54,392 bases of DNA from a virus. Its lineage: Duplodnaviria; Caudoviricetes. The translations under genes were made by a program, and so were the position numbers. Location of the stretch: the IMG/VR virus record IMGVR_UViG_3300025767_000026, positions 1 to 54,392 of that record; one strand, 5' to 3'. The notes beneath the pieces were generated by a model that had not been told where the DNA came from, made no database searches, and was given only the letters and a program-made list of their open reading frames with translations. Below are positions 18,481 to 28,430 of this stretch, piece by piece (within the stretch, counting starts at the first letter, position 1; every line of letters starts with the position of its first letter).

Positions 18481-19722
18481 TTAGTTTGCGGGAACTATAT
18501 AGTCCTCAGCCGCTGAGGGGGTCATTGTAGAAAGATCAGTGCCTTCTGGGAACTTATATTTTTTAGTGTTGTTTTCGCCAACCGCGGTGATTGCGCCGTC
18601 CTCTTCTTTGCGAAAGGTATACATATCCGCTGCTCCATCATAATAAGCAGTAAATTCGGTTGTTTCCCCAACTGGCAGGGTGGCGACGCGCCCAGATATT
18701 ATTCCATTTTTCTTAGCTGATCTTTTACTGGTGATATTGTCCGGATACCCTTCTTCTCCCCAATTTGTAGTCGCTTCCGTTCCTGGCTTGTTGTTGGCTT
18801 TAACGCCTTTCTTTTCGTATCGACTCGCTCCTTCCGCGGAAGATTCATCTAAGCCTGCCATGTACGATTGTACAATGCGATCCTCAAGCTCCTTGTTGTT
18901 ATATAGGTGAGCGTCGGGCACAATAGGTCCCCCTATGTTTAAAAAATCATCAGTAGCCATAGAAAGTAAAGACTCTCGGCCTCCCTTTTTAAGGTTATTG
19001 CGCAATGTGCGTTCTGCATCCCGTCGTTTGAACGCGTCCATAGGTTTGCCCGTGCGCTTGGATTCCTCATAGATGGCATTGTTCTGCGTTTCAAATGTTC
19101 CGTAAGTAGTATAGTCTTTGTTAAAGTACTCTGGCAAATCATTTAATGAGGTTGAAACTCCATTGGCGCCTTTAAAGTATACATTGCCGTTGGGGCCAAT
19201 TTCCATTTCCATGGAGTCGGTCAATGCATCGGTGAGGAGTTCTGTTTTATCTGGGTCATTTCCAGAGGAAATCAAGCCATTGTTAAAATCAGGCAATTCT
19301 TTTTTGCGCTCCTTAAACTTGTCAAGATCAGCGGATAAGGTTCTCATATATTGATTTACATCTGCCATTTTTGCAATAGCTTCCGTGTGTGCTGAACTTC
19401 CCGCAGGAAACTTTGAAGCAGTCCTCGCCGCGTCCGCATATTCCATCCGTCTATCTGCCATTGTAGCAGTTATATAATCCCTGTTGACAGGAGGAACTTT
19501 GTCAAAATCCAAACCTCCAGGTAGCCCTGCCATGTAGCTGGATACCTTTGCTTCGGTAGCAGCAGCTTTTGCCATACCGGGGCTTATTCCCATGCCACCA
19601 GACGCTTCTCTAGTCTTGCTACCAAAAGTCTGCCCGCGAGACTGATACATCGCCTGGGCCCCTGTCACCAACCAGTTCTCCCCGGACGCGTAATTAGTTG
19701 CTGTTGCTTTATTTTTTGCCAT
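18481..19722 (-). CDS. Putative internal virion/ejection protein (413 aa)
   Basis: Position between the small pilot-like protein and the giant protein; helical composition. Function inferred from gene order only. Confidence 0.55.
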   Translation of the reverse strand: MAKNKATATNYASGENWLVTGAQAMYQSRGQTFGSKTREASGGMGISPGMAKAAATEAKVSSYMAGLPGGLDFDKVPPVNRDYITATMADRRMEYADAARTASKFPAGSSAHTEAIAKMADVNQYMRTLSADLDKFKERKKELPDFNNGLISSGNDPDKTELLTDALTDSMEMEIGPNGNVYFKGANGVSTSLNDLPEYFNKDYTTYGTFETQNNAIYEESKRTGKPMDAFKRRDAERTLRNNLKKGGRESLLSMATDDFLNIGGPIVPDAHLYNNKELEDRIVQSYMAGLDESSAEGASRYEKKGVKANNKPGTEATTNWGEEGYPDNITSKRSAKKNGIISGRVATLPVGETTEFTAYYDGAADMYTFRKEEDGAITAVGENNTKKYKFPEGTDLSTMTPSAAEDYIVPAN

Positions 19723-19744
19723 GATATTGTTTTATAATTTAACT

Positions 19745-20389
19745 TCAGACCCCCCCGTTTATTATTGATCCAAACGCGCTCTCGGCAACTGAAGGAAGCC
19801 CCATAACTACACTGCCCCCAGCCTTAGCTAAATCAGTAACGCCGTTCACCATTGCGTCAGTAGCGTCAGCTCTTGCTTGATCAGCAGCGGCGCTTCTTGC
19901 TTGGGCTTGCCCTAGTAATGTTTTAGTTCTACCCTCTTCTTTGTCTTGTACCACTTGCTCGCCTTGCGCAACCATCAATTGGTTTTGGCCAGCCTGTTGA
20001 GCCGATAGCATTTGATTTCTATTTTCTTGCTGTCCAATGCTTGCGGACGCGCTTTGTAAGTTTTGATTTTGTTGGTTTGACATTGCTTGCGCTAAAGCCG
20101 CAATACCAGACCCGCCAGCCGCTCCCTGCATTGCTCCCATAGTATTAGCCATGCCCTGCTGTTGCTGCTGCGCCATAAAATCTGCTTGCTGAGTATTTAC
20201 TGTTAAATCTTCAGCTGTATTTTGCAGACCAGAATATACGTTATTAAACTGCATGCCCTCATATGCCGCTTGGCGACTTGCTAATTGGGCACTTGCATCT
20301 CGCTGCTCTTGCCTCCGCGCACCACCTCCAATTGAGGCTCCAACTATACTGCCTATTGCGCCGATTCCTTGTGATAATGGATCTGCCAT
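19745..20389 (-). CDS. Putative ejection/pilot protein (Q/A/G-rich, T7 gp14/P22 gp7 analogue)
   Basis: N-terminal GIGAIGSIVGASIGGG hydrophobic segment and Q/A-rich coiled coil; first gene of the ejection trio. Confidence 0.65.
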   Translation of the reverse strand: MADPLSQGIGAIGSIVGASIGGGARRQEQRDASAQLASRQAAYEGMQFNNVYSGLQNTAEDLTVNTQQADFMAQQQQQGMANTMGAMQGAAGGSGIAALAQAMSNQQNQNLQSASASIGQQENRNQMLSAQQAGQNQLMVAQGEQVVQDKEEGRTKTLLGQAQARSAAADQARADATDAMVNGVTDLAKAGGSVVMGLPSVAESAFGSIINGGV

Positions 20390-20407
20390 AATTTGTTATT
20401 TTATATT

Positions 20408-20420
20408 TATATTATTACGC
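20408..20420 (-). promoter_or_regulatory. Candidate late-promoter motif GCGTAATAATATA
   Basis: One of five close copies of GTRATWATATR in intergenic gaps upstream of minus-strand genes. Confidence 0.6.
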
Positions 20421-20434
20421 TTCTTACATGTTTA

Positions 20435-20770
20435 TTAACTACTTATAAATACCTCACTGTTAACAGCAAACAATTCTTTTTTGCTTGTTGAGGTAACTTC
20501 CATGTCTACTGCGCCGTGGTATCCTATGATACCCGATGTATTTGCAGAGTTGTCCTTCACAAAAAAGATAAAATCGTTTGTGCTATCAGGAGGAGGGGTA
20601 AGACTCGATAACTGGCAAGTGATGCTTGTGGATGTTTTTGCTGTACACACGCCCAGTCTGTATACATTGCTTGTCTCGCTGTCTTGGTAATATACAATAT
20701 CGCTACCAACCTGTATAGATACATTTAGCGGTTTTGCAAAGCTGATTGTTATTTGTTCTAAAGTAGCCAT
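20435..20770 (-). CDS. Tail-associated protein, possibly the detached C-terminal part of the nozzle protein
   Basis: Ends NTSGIIGY...KELFAVNSEVFISS, recalled as the C-terminus of stabilisation proteins in related phages (unverified). Confidence 0.5.
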   Translation of the reverse strand: MATLEQITISFAKPLNVSIQVGSDIVYYQDSETSNVYRLGVCTAKTSTSITCQLSSLTPPPDSTNDFIFFVKDNSANTSGIIGYHGAVDMEVTSTSKKELFAVNSEVFISS

Positions 20771-20771
20771 A

Positions 20772-21719
20772 TTATCCTAATTGTATGATTGATAATGGGT
20801 TATCGTTCGGGAAAGGGGAGGCTAGGTCGCCCGTCAGGGTCCACGTCCAAGTTTTATTAGCCCCCGAGGTATTTGCTGGGAATATAAACGTATGATCAAC
20901 AAACCCGCCGGCTCCTATTGTCAAGGTAACATTGTTGTTTGTATCAATATAGGAATCCACTGGGTATGGGGCAGGCAACGCTATAGTAACATCGGCTCCT
21001 GCTCCGCCGTAAAATGTCATAATACGAGTCTGGCCAGCGGCTTGTATTTTAGCAGTGCTTATAATATAAGAAGTAACCTCGACTACTGGCACGTATATTT
21101 CTCGAGCTTTTGCAACAAAATTCAAATCATTTAATGTTTTACTCTGTCCGTTAATTAAATATTTGACGGTAAAGATTCTAGATAAAATATTCCCCAGCCC
21201 GTTGTCAACATAGGTTATTATATAAGCGTCTTCGTTTCTAGCCGCTCCAAGGGTCTGATAATAATACGGCGGCACGTCATACGCATATCCGCTGTCAGCA
21301 GTGAAGGTTTTTGTAAACAAGGTCACTTCGGTGCCGCTTACTGCGGTTTGTGAGAATGCAATAGGGGTTGTAGCAGACTCTTGCGTGTTAAGCTGTGCAA
21401 TAGTATATTCCCCGTCAATAGTGAATGTTTGTTCGTCTGCCGTGCCGTCGATGTCAATTAGCAGCGTTATGTCTGCCGCAGGCATGGTAAAACCAGCCGC
21501 AAAAGTCACAAGAGCATTAATATTAACCCCTGCCTGAGAAAACACTACGCTGTCTACTTCCGCTGGTAAGTTTTGTGTCGTAAAATTACCACTAGAAATA
21601 GTATAACCCGCAGCAGGAGCTATCACTAAGGTGACGGTGGAATTACCTCCTCCTGAGATATTCTCTCCAGACTCCGCTTCAAAGGTCGATTGCGTGATTG
21701 TATATGTTTGTGCTGGCAT
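20772..21719 (-). CDS. Ig-like beta-sandwich structural protein
   Basis: T/V/A-rich beta-strand pattern with repeated (I/F)xA(A/D)xGY turns; located in the tail operon. Confidence 0.55.
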   Translation of the reverse strand: MPAQTYTITQSTFEAESGENISGGGNSTVTLVIAPAAGYTISSGNFTTQNLPAEVDSVVFSQAGVNINALVTFAAGFTMPAADITLLIDIDGTADEQTFTIDGEYTIAQLNTQESATTPIAFSQTAVSGTEVTLFTKTFTADSGYAYDVPPYYYQTLGAARNEDAYIITYVDNGLGNILSRIFTVKYLINGQSKTLNDLNFVAKAREIYVPVVEVTSYIISTAKIQAAGQTRIMTFYGGAGADVTIALPAPYPVDSYIDTNNNVTLTIGAGGFVDHTFIFPANTSGANKTWTWTLTGDLASPFPNDNPLSIIQLG

Positions 21720-21721
21720 AA

Positions 21722-24700
21722 TTAGTTGTTCGGATCGTTTTTAACTGTAACTGTAAATGTTGTATTGCCTGTATAAGGAGCAATGCTCGATGGCTGGCCA
21801 ATGCCCTGCGCCGCAAATTGTTTTAAATCTAGGGTGCCAACTTGTCCGTTGTTATCCCATGTGTCATTTAGCCCCCTAATATAGTTATAATATATATTTT
21901 CTTTATCTAAGAAAGTTGTTACCGCCCCATCCTGCTGGTCAGTTTGTATGAGCGGAGATATCCACCCGCCGTCTCCCTCGTAAGATAGTGTTTTAAAGTT
22001 CTTAATCTTATTAGGCAAGTCATTAAATATAAACTGGACACTGGATTTAGCTGTGGCTCCTTCGTAAAAAGTATTGCGCAGCTGATTGTCGTGGGACCAA
22101 AGCATGCCATTAGACATCGTGTAGTAATCGCTGTTTAGAGATATGCCAAACTCAGGAATAAAGGACTTACGTGTTGGCCACCCATCCATAGCTTCTTTAA
22201 AAGAAACGGTCTGGCTATTTAAAGTTAAGTTGTAGCAATCAGAATAAATATCGTAATTTCCAATAACAGTAGTGGCTTCTTTTAAGTTGTCATAAAAGAA
22301 ATCGTTCATACCTTTGCTGGATATTTCCGTGAGCCCATCCATGGATAAGCGCAGAACAGAAGATCTTTTCTTGTCAGAGAAATAAGCCCTAAAACCAAAT
22401 GAAGCAAAGCTTTCCGGGTTTTTAGATATACCGTATTCCCCTGCAAATGGCACTGCTTGGCCTAGTACATTGTTGGTCGATGTCACATTGGCATTCCCGT
22501 CAGCGTTGTATAACGCATCTTTATTTGCCAATATGCGGATAATCTTATCTTCGCATAGGGCCACTAGGTTAGTGTCTCGGGTATGGAGCTTTTGTATACT
22601 GCCATACATTGGGTTTAAGTCTTTTGTTATTTTTTCAGCTTGTACAAATTGGTTTAAGCTGTTCAATCCTGATGTAGAATTATAAAGGCCCGAATAGATA
22701 AGCCCAGAGGGTCTTCTTTCTTCCCCATAAGGCTCTTCTAGCACTGTGGATACTTTAGTACCCTTATCTATAAACGGAGCGTTAAAATCGTCTCTAACGC
22801 GATTTGATTCTACGCCATTGCCAAATGCAAAACAGTTATGCCAGGTTAAAGTCTTAAGTGTCTGGTAATCTGCAATTGGATAAGCATCGCTCGCCTCGTA
22901 GTATAGGTCTAAGTCTGCTAATTCTTTTGGTTCGGTTTCAAAAATACCAGGGTCATTACTTGGGTAATCTGAGGCCTCATCCTCACCTAGTATAATTACA
23001 TTAATTTGGTTGGGCCCACCGGGAAAGTTAGGGTTAACCGTCTGAACCAAGCCTGTTTCAAATAAAATATATATCCTTTCATATACATTGTTGTTCCCAA
23101 CCGCCACGGTATTGGCCTCGTCAATTGTGTAAACAGTTCCTAAGTGATTGGCAAATTTTATTTTTGTTCCTTTTGTACCAAGTTTCCGCCAAGCCCTAAG
23201 ATTAATACCATACTGAACTTTTCTTTCGAGCACAAGATCATAGGGCTTGCTGTTAGGGTTGTCGTAATGCGCCCAAGTAGGCATCCACCCTCCATCGGAT
23301 GTAATCTTTAGCCCGCCATTATAGTGCTCTTTTCCATATAGTCTTTTAGGGGAGTGACCTCCACCCCAGATCTGCACATATAGGTTTTCGTTGCCGTAAT
23401 ACCCGTCGTCAGCGTGGATGGTTACCTCGCCGTTAATCACAACAGGAGCTCCAAATGACTTGAAATTCATTGCATTCGTAGCTACTAACGGCCCAGTTGC
23501 AAATAAGTTATCTAACAATGTTGCGTTCTGCTCAATATTGACAAAGAATTTGCCTTGGAATTTAGCTTTATTGTCTTCAGCCTGATATGCATAAATTTCA
23601 ACAAAATTTCCAGCGGGGGCCACAAGAGTTTGGTCGACATTGTATAAAAAATTAACATCATCCTCAAACGCGCGGTCAACAATTATTCGGGCTGATTCGT
23701 CCGCTGCGGAAGCGTTCCAGTCTATAGTGACTATCTTATAATATTCTGATTTTGATGTGCCGTCGGTAAACGCGATATACCTGCCTACTAGTAAAGCAAA
23801 CTTTGTTTCGTCTGTTATACCTTGAGCCCCGTCTTCGCGCCCTATTAGAAATGTTTTTGACCCAGGGGTGGGGGTTTTACCAGCTGACCATGAAGGTTGC
23901 TCAGTGTATGAGCCATAAGCGTTAACGAAAGAAAGTGTTGCCGAATGAACTAAGGCTCTTACTTGAGTAAGCTCTAAAGGAGCCTCGTTTTTAATAGAAA
24001 GCACTTTGTATTTATTATCCGTGGAAGTAACTGGCGCGGTAGAGCCTTGTCCTTTCTTTAATATAATATAGGATTCTTCTGTTATTTTATTTCGTTCGGA
24101 CGATGGGAAAGACACCCAAGCGGTAACCCCGTCTTCTGACTTATAAACCCTATCTGCCGCAAGGTTATAATACTGATCTGAAGAATCTTTTACAAAATAT
24201 TTATAGTGAGAAAAACCGCCGGGAGGAGGATTATCGCTTTGTACTTGTATTTTATTTGGCGTGCTAGACTTTGCTTTGTCTACTTTAACGGAGGCTTTAT
24301 CCGATGTAAATACTGGTGTTTCTCTTCCGTAAGCGTCTTTAAATACCACACCTATTTGATAGTCTCTGTCCGATTTAACAGATTTTGAAGGAATAGTTAT
24401 GTCTATAGTGCCCTCTGAGCTGACAGAAGAGCTTAATGCAATTTTTTCGCTTATTGTATAATTTTGTAGATAATTACCGTACACTATTCTATTACCCACC
24501 AACTCCTGAGCCTTAGCTAGCCGAGGCACATTATCCCAGGGTCTTAGCAGCTGATTAGACTGTACAACTTTATATATTAGCTTACTAGTTATTTTAAATC
24601 CCTCCCAAACCCCTGTCTCTGTTAAATCTGCAGGATCAAAGTCGTCGACTATATATATAGTGCTATTATTTGTTTCTTTATATAGGACCTCTATTTTTTT

Positions 24701-25861
24701 GACATCTACAGGAGGGGTGTCAAATGCATCTAAAGTAATTTGCTGGACTGCATTAGCCATGCCTTTGTTGTATCCCTTCGATGCATCATAATCAAACCCC
24801 GTAGCCAAGAAAGCTACCTCTGTAAAAGGCGAAAAGCAAGAAAACTCATTATTTTCGTATTTCCATCTATAGCCAAACCGCGGGAATTTACCCTCAAACG
24901 GAGGAGAGTCTTGCTGAAGTTTACAGGTATACGTATACGTGTCGCTATCTGGCAACAATGGCGAGCTAGAAATAACCTTAACCCCAATTTGCAGGGGGTT
25001 GGTTACGGCAATTACCTGTAGCGTTACGATATATACGTCACTTTCGGTATCCGTCTCCAGGGCTATCCCCTCTAATTTTAAAAAATCACCCACTACATAA
25101 GCTGCTCCTGAATTTAAAGCAAATCCATAGATTGCTGTGCCGGCCGCAATAGCAGGGCGTAGCGAGTCATTGTTTAACTGCGTGGCTTCGGTAAAGTTAT
25201 AAGTGACAGAAGTGTTTACGTTGCTCACCCCGTTAATAAGCCTATCGCTATTGGCTAAAGCCATAGAGGGAGCGGATAACGGTGATTTTTTAATTACTGT
25301 TACATCACTTTCAATGAAATCTCTACCCTTATACGTGCTGTGAGTGGTGAAGTTTGCTGTGCTAAAAACACCTTTGGTTACCTCCAGCTTTTTAGGCTCA
25401 GAGTTGTCGTCTGTCCAGAACAAGTAATTGTCAAGTATATTTACCCCTGTAATAAGCTTGTTTACGGAAAAATTTAAAATGTTTTGAGTGTCAACGAGTA
25501 CAGGACGTACTACCTTGTATGTGTCTTCGTATTCTAAAATACAATCCACAGTGGAAGAAGTAACAAACCAATATAGTTTGTCGTTAATGTCGTCTTTAAC
25601 CCCTCCAATACACTTGGCATCGAGCGGTAAGCCGTAGTAGTTTGCTGTTTCGGAATCTAAAGCCCAATCTGTAGAGGGTATCCCCTTTTTTTCTTTGCGA
25701 ACTTGATTGCCAAGAATATTTTGAATAGCACCCACGTCGCTACCCTCAGACGAACCTACTTGTATGTTTAATGCGTCTCTATATTCACCACTAGGTAATA
25801 ATCTCTCGTCAAGGTCTTTATTCATTCGACCCCTAACAAATAACCTTTTTAATTCTGGCAT
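21722..25861 (-). CDS. Tail nozzle/stabilisation protein (P22 gp10/crAss muzzle-like)
   Basis: N-terminal GRMNKDLDERLLP.GEYRDALN, LFWTD...PKK, GNRIVYGNY, GNGVES.RVRDDFN, YGIS.NPESFA; follows the ring-protein genes. Confidence 0.75.
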   Translation of the reverse strand: MPELKRLFVRGRMNKDLDERLLPSGEYRDALNIQVGSSEGSDVGAIQNILGNQVRKEKKGIPSTDWALDSETANYYGLPLDAKCIGGVKDDINDKLYWFVTSSTVDCILEYEDTYKVVRPVLVDTQNILNFSVNKLITGVNILDNYLFWTDDNSEPKKLEVTKGVFSTANFTTHSTYKGRDFIESDVTVIKKSPLSAPSMALANSDRLINGVSNVNTSVTYNFTEATQLNNDSLRPAIAAGTAIYGFALNSGAAYVVGDFLKLEGIALETDTESDVYIVTLQVIAVTNPLQIGVKVISSSPLLPDSDTYTYTCKLQQDSPPFEGKFPRFGYRWKYENNEFSCFSPFTEVAFLATGFDYDASKGYNKGMANAVQQITLDAFDTPPVDVKKIEVLYKETNNSTIYIVDDFDPADLTETGVWEGFKITSKLIYKVVQSNQLLRPWDNVPRLAKAQELVGNRIVYGNYLQNYTISEKIALSSSVSSEGTIDITIPSKSVKSDRDYQIGVVFKDAYGRETPVFTSDKASVKVDKAKSSTPNKIQVQSDNPPPGGFSHYKYFVKDSSDQYYNLAADRVYKSEDGVTAWVSFPSSERNKITEESYIILKKGQGSTAPVTSTDNKYKVLSIKNEAPLELTQVRALVHSATLSFVNAYGSYTEQPSWSAGKTPTPGSKTFLIGREDGAQGITDETKFALLVGRYIAFTDGTSKSEYYKIVTIDWNASAADESARIIVDRAFEDDVNFLYNVDQTLVAPAGNFVEIYAYQAEDNKAKFQGKFFVNIEQNATLLDNLFATGPLVATNAMNFKSFGAPVVINGEVTIHADDGYYGNENLYVQIWGGGHSPKRLYGKEHYNGGLKITSDGGWMPTWAHYDNPNSKPYDLVLERKVQYGINLRAWRKLGTKGTKIKFANHLGTVYTIDEANTVAVGNNNVYERIYILFETGLVQTVNPNFPGGPNQINVIILGEDEASDYPSNDPGIFETEPKELADLDLYYEASDAYPIADYQTLKTLTWHNCFAFGNGVESNRVRDDFNAPFIDKGTKVSTVLEEPYGEERRPSGLIYSGLYNSTSGLNSLNQFVQAEKITKDLNPMYGSIQKLHTRDTNLVALCEDKIIRILANKDALYNADGNANVTSTNNVLGQAVPFAGEYGISKNPESFASFGFRAYFSDKKRSSVLRLSMDGLTEISSKGMNDFFYDNLKEATTVIGNYDIYSDCYNLTLNSQTVSFKEAMDGWPTRKSFIPEFGISLNSDYYTMSNGMLWSHDNQLRNTFYEGATAKSSVQFIFNDLPNKIKNFKTLSYEGDGGWISPLIQTDQQDGAVTTFLDKENIYYNYIRGLNDTWDNNGQVGTLDLKQFAAQGIGQPSSIAPYTGNTTFTVTVKNDPNN

Positions 25862-25864
25862 ATC

Positions 25865-26743
25865 TTAGTGTTTTATTTGCTTAGACTTACCTCTCATTAC
25901 CTGAGTTAGCTCTTCAATTTTAAGATTAGATAATCTCAGCTTAGCGGTTCTAATGGCTGCAAATTTTTCTTTGTTAAACCTTTGTACAAGGTATTCTTGA
26001 GTATTGGCTCGGGTAGCTAAGATAGCGTGAGCAAGGTATTTGTACATAGCCTCTTCCGCAAACTTGTGCACTTTCATTTCTTCAACAGTGCCAACGCCGT
26101 CTGAGATGTACTTAAGGGTCACTGTTCTACCGGTTAAGTCAGAGCTAAAGAAGATTTTAGACTTTATTGGGTCAATAAAAAATACGCCATTAGACTGAGC
26201 AAAAGCGGGATCAATCCCATACCTTTGACCAAGCAGTGACGCGTAAGAAGCATTCTCTTCAATATTACTTAATTCGCTAGATTCAGAGCCTGTGGCTGTT
26301 TTAAACTTTTTCCAGGTTTCTGACTCGGCAGCGGTGATTATGTTACCTTCCCCGTCAAATAAATATTCGTAGCTGCTATCCTGTAGTAGCGGTAAAGGGT
26401 TACTGGTTTTCTGGGCGGGGATTAAAACGCGTTCGACGCCTCCTCCGTCAACCCATGTTAGTTTAACATAGTTAACATAGTCGTGGGGCAGTAGCATTTG
26501 CAGAGTTAACGGCACATCAATTTCCTGCGACTTTTCAGATTTGAAAGTATCGTAGCTTAATTCCTGCAAAGCTCTTTGAGCGTGAAAGGCAACATCTGTT
26601 CTTTTTACTTTAGATATAATCTTATCCTCTCCAACATAAGAGACAATAAAATTAGTAATAATATCATCTAAGTATATAAATTGGTAATTGCCTAAATTAT
26701 CACCCTCGTAATATTCTTGCTGAGTTCCTGTGAATAGTGCCAT
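25865..26743 (-). CDS. Tail ring/adaptor protein
   Basis: LPHDYVNYVKL and TLKYISDG motifs; position between ring protein 1 and nozzle. Confidence 0.65.
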   Translation of the reverse strand: MALFTGTQQEYYEGDNLGNYQFIYLDDIITNFIVSYVGEDKIISKVKRTDVAFHAQRALQELSYDTFKSEKSQEIDVPLTLQMLLPHDYVNYVKLTWVDGGGVERVLIPAQKTSNPLPLLQDSSYEYLFDGEGNIITAAESETWKKFKTATGSESSELSNIEENASYASLLGQRYGIDPAFAQSNGVFFIDPIKSKIFFSSDLTGRTVTLKYISDGVGTVEEMKVHKFAEEAMYKYLAHAILATRANTQEYLVQRFNKEKFAAIRTAKLRLSNLKIEELTQVMRGKSKQIKH

Positions 26744-26746
26744 TTA

Positions 26747-27454
26747 TTATGCTTTTTCTTGTTGAATTCTTTCGGTCTCTTCGCTGTTGGCGTACTGGTA
26801 TACATCCGGTGTTTTTAATAACATGCCAGATAACTCCAGTATCTTTTCTACAAGCTCGGGCTCTTCTGATTCATGGAGCTGAAAGTTAGTTGAAGTTCCT
26901 GCGTTATACTGTGGAACCCCTAATACCATGGTGTAGTTCCACTCCGCGGTGGTTGGTATCTTTATATAATTACATGTTACGGCTGTAGTTAATTGAGCGG
27001 GACCATATACTTTAAGTTGGTTCTCGTCTCTTGTATATATTGGGCGGCTTACCGTTGGCGCAGTTAATGGCGATTGAGCTATGTAGATATACTCTCCTTT
27101 GGTTAGTCTTTCTGCCTCGGCTATTTTAGTAGCGGCTGTAATGGGGTCCACGTATTGGACTTTTACAGTCCCTAGCCTATATAGGTCAGCGGGGAGCGCA
27201 GTACCTCCTGTAACAGCTCCTTCTGTTTCAAATTCGCTGATCTTTTCGTTTAGTATGTTAAGCATGTCTGAATACTCAGTGTCATTGCCATGCATTCTTC
27301 CGAACTGGTTTATATCGTAAAAATATTGCTCAAAAATATCTCTTTGCGCTTGATTGGCAAATAAGTTAAATTCTTGAGGGGTTAAGTATCCTCTTTGCTC
27401 TTTGTTTAAAATAGCAAGAACCCTTTGGTACACTGTGTCTACGCTTACTGCCAT
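26747..27454 (-). CDS. Tail tubular/ring (head-tail adaptor) protein
   Basis: NKEQRGYLTPQEFNLFANQAQ, LPADLYRL, YIKIP pattern of crAss-like/flavophage ring proteins. Confidence 0.65.
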   Translation of the reverse strand: MAVSVDTVYQRVLAILNKEQRGYLTPQEFNLFANQAQRDIFEQYFYDINQFGRMHGNDTEYSDMLNILNEKISEFETEGAVTGGTALPADLYRLGTVKVQYVDPITAATKIAEAERLTKGEYIYIAQSPLTAPTVSRPIYTRDENQLKVYGPAQLTTAVTCNYIKIPTTAEWNYTMVLGVPQYNAGTSTNFQLHESEEPELVEKILELSGMLLKTPDVYQYANSEETERIQQEKA

Positions 27455-27478
27455 AATTTTTTTTTGTTATTTATAGTA

Positions 27479-27506
27479 ATTAGGCCACCTTTTACAGCGG
27501 CCTAAT
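27479..27506 (-). terminator. Intergenic stem-loop (weak terminator or processing site)
   Basis: ATTAGGCC...GGCCTAAT 8-bp arms extended by G-U pairs; no clear U tract on the coding strand. Confidence 0.45.
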
Positions 27507-27519
27507 ACTATAAAGGTGA

Positions 27520-28362
27520 CTATTTAAGTCGTTTGCTTACGCTTTGGAATACCTCCACGCCTTCATCTGTTTTAAACCATGCTGCTAAAGCAGAATATGG
27601 GTTTTCATCAAATGGCACTGTCATAAGCTTTCTATTTGTAGATGTCCAAGTAAATGTTCTTTGGTCTTGTGATAGACTAATAAACCCTTGTTCTACAGAT
27701 CGCACCCCTACATTACGCAGCTGTACGTTTTCATCTCCTGCTAATTGTAAGAATAAAGCCGGATTTCTCTTAGCATAAATAAGAGCGTCTCTCTTAATTT
27801 CTTTAGACGTCATATTTTTTACAGCGGAACCTTGGTCTACTCGGATGATAGCTTCGAGCATATCAACGTCAAGCTCTCTGGCTAAGTTTAATGCGTCAAT
27901 TTCTATTTCTATATCACTTATATCCCATTCAGCAACTTGCACCGCATCAAATTCTTCGTACATAACACCTTTAAGCGGGTGGTATAATGATAATAGTTTT
28001 TGTAAATTTTGCCTTTGGGCTGGAACGGTTATTGTTCCATTTCTAAAAACAATATGCTCTAAAGTAGCAGGGCCTTCTTGCTCATCAACAAACGGGCTTT
28101 TCTGATTTGTAGCGTATCGTAGTTCTCTTTGGTACCCTAATTCAGGGTCAAACCAAAGCAAATTTCTTTTTTCCGTATGCTTCCCTGGTAGGGTTGAAAT
28201 AATTGGCTGTTTTCTTCCAATTAAAAAATAAGTACGGTCTTTAAATTCCCAGCTAGGTTTTACTGGTTTTTGTATTTTTGGAGCCGGAGCGGAGGCGACC
28301 TCTTGCTCAACAGCAATATTTTTTGGCGCTTCTGTGTTAGCGCTCACTTGTTTCTTTGCCAT
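27520..28362 (-). CDS. Hypothetical protein downstream of the major capsid gene
   Basis: 280-aa ORF with a low-complexity A/P/K N-terminus; function unknown. Confidence 0.7.
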   Translation of the reverse strand: MAKKQVSANTEAPKNIAVEQEVASAPAPKIQKPVKPSWEFKDRTYFLIGRKQPIISTLPGKHTEKRNLLWFDPELGYQRELRYATNQKSPFVDEQEGPATLEHIVFRNGTITVPAQRQNLQKLLSLYHPLKGVMYEEFDAVQVAEWDISDIEIEIDALNLARELDVDMLEAIIRVDQGSAVKNMTSKEIKRDALIYAKRNPALFLQLAGDENVQLRNVGVRSVEQGFISLSQDQRTFTWTSTNRKLMTVPFDENPYSALAAWFKTDEGVEVFQSVSKRLK

Positions 28363-28379
28363 GATATAATAGAATTAAA

Positions 28380-28414
28380 AAGTTAAAAATGAAGCTATGG
28401 GCCCCGAAGGGCCC
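28380..28414 (-). terminator. Terminator after the major capsid gene
   Basis: GGGCCC-TTCG-GGGCCC (UUCG tetraloop, 28399-28414) followed after a short spacer by T-rich sequence on the minus strand. Confidence 0.7.
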
Positions 28415-28430
28415 TTTGCCTCAATAAATA

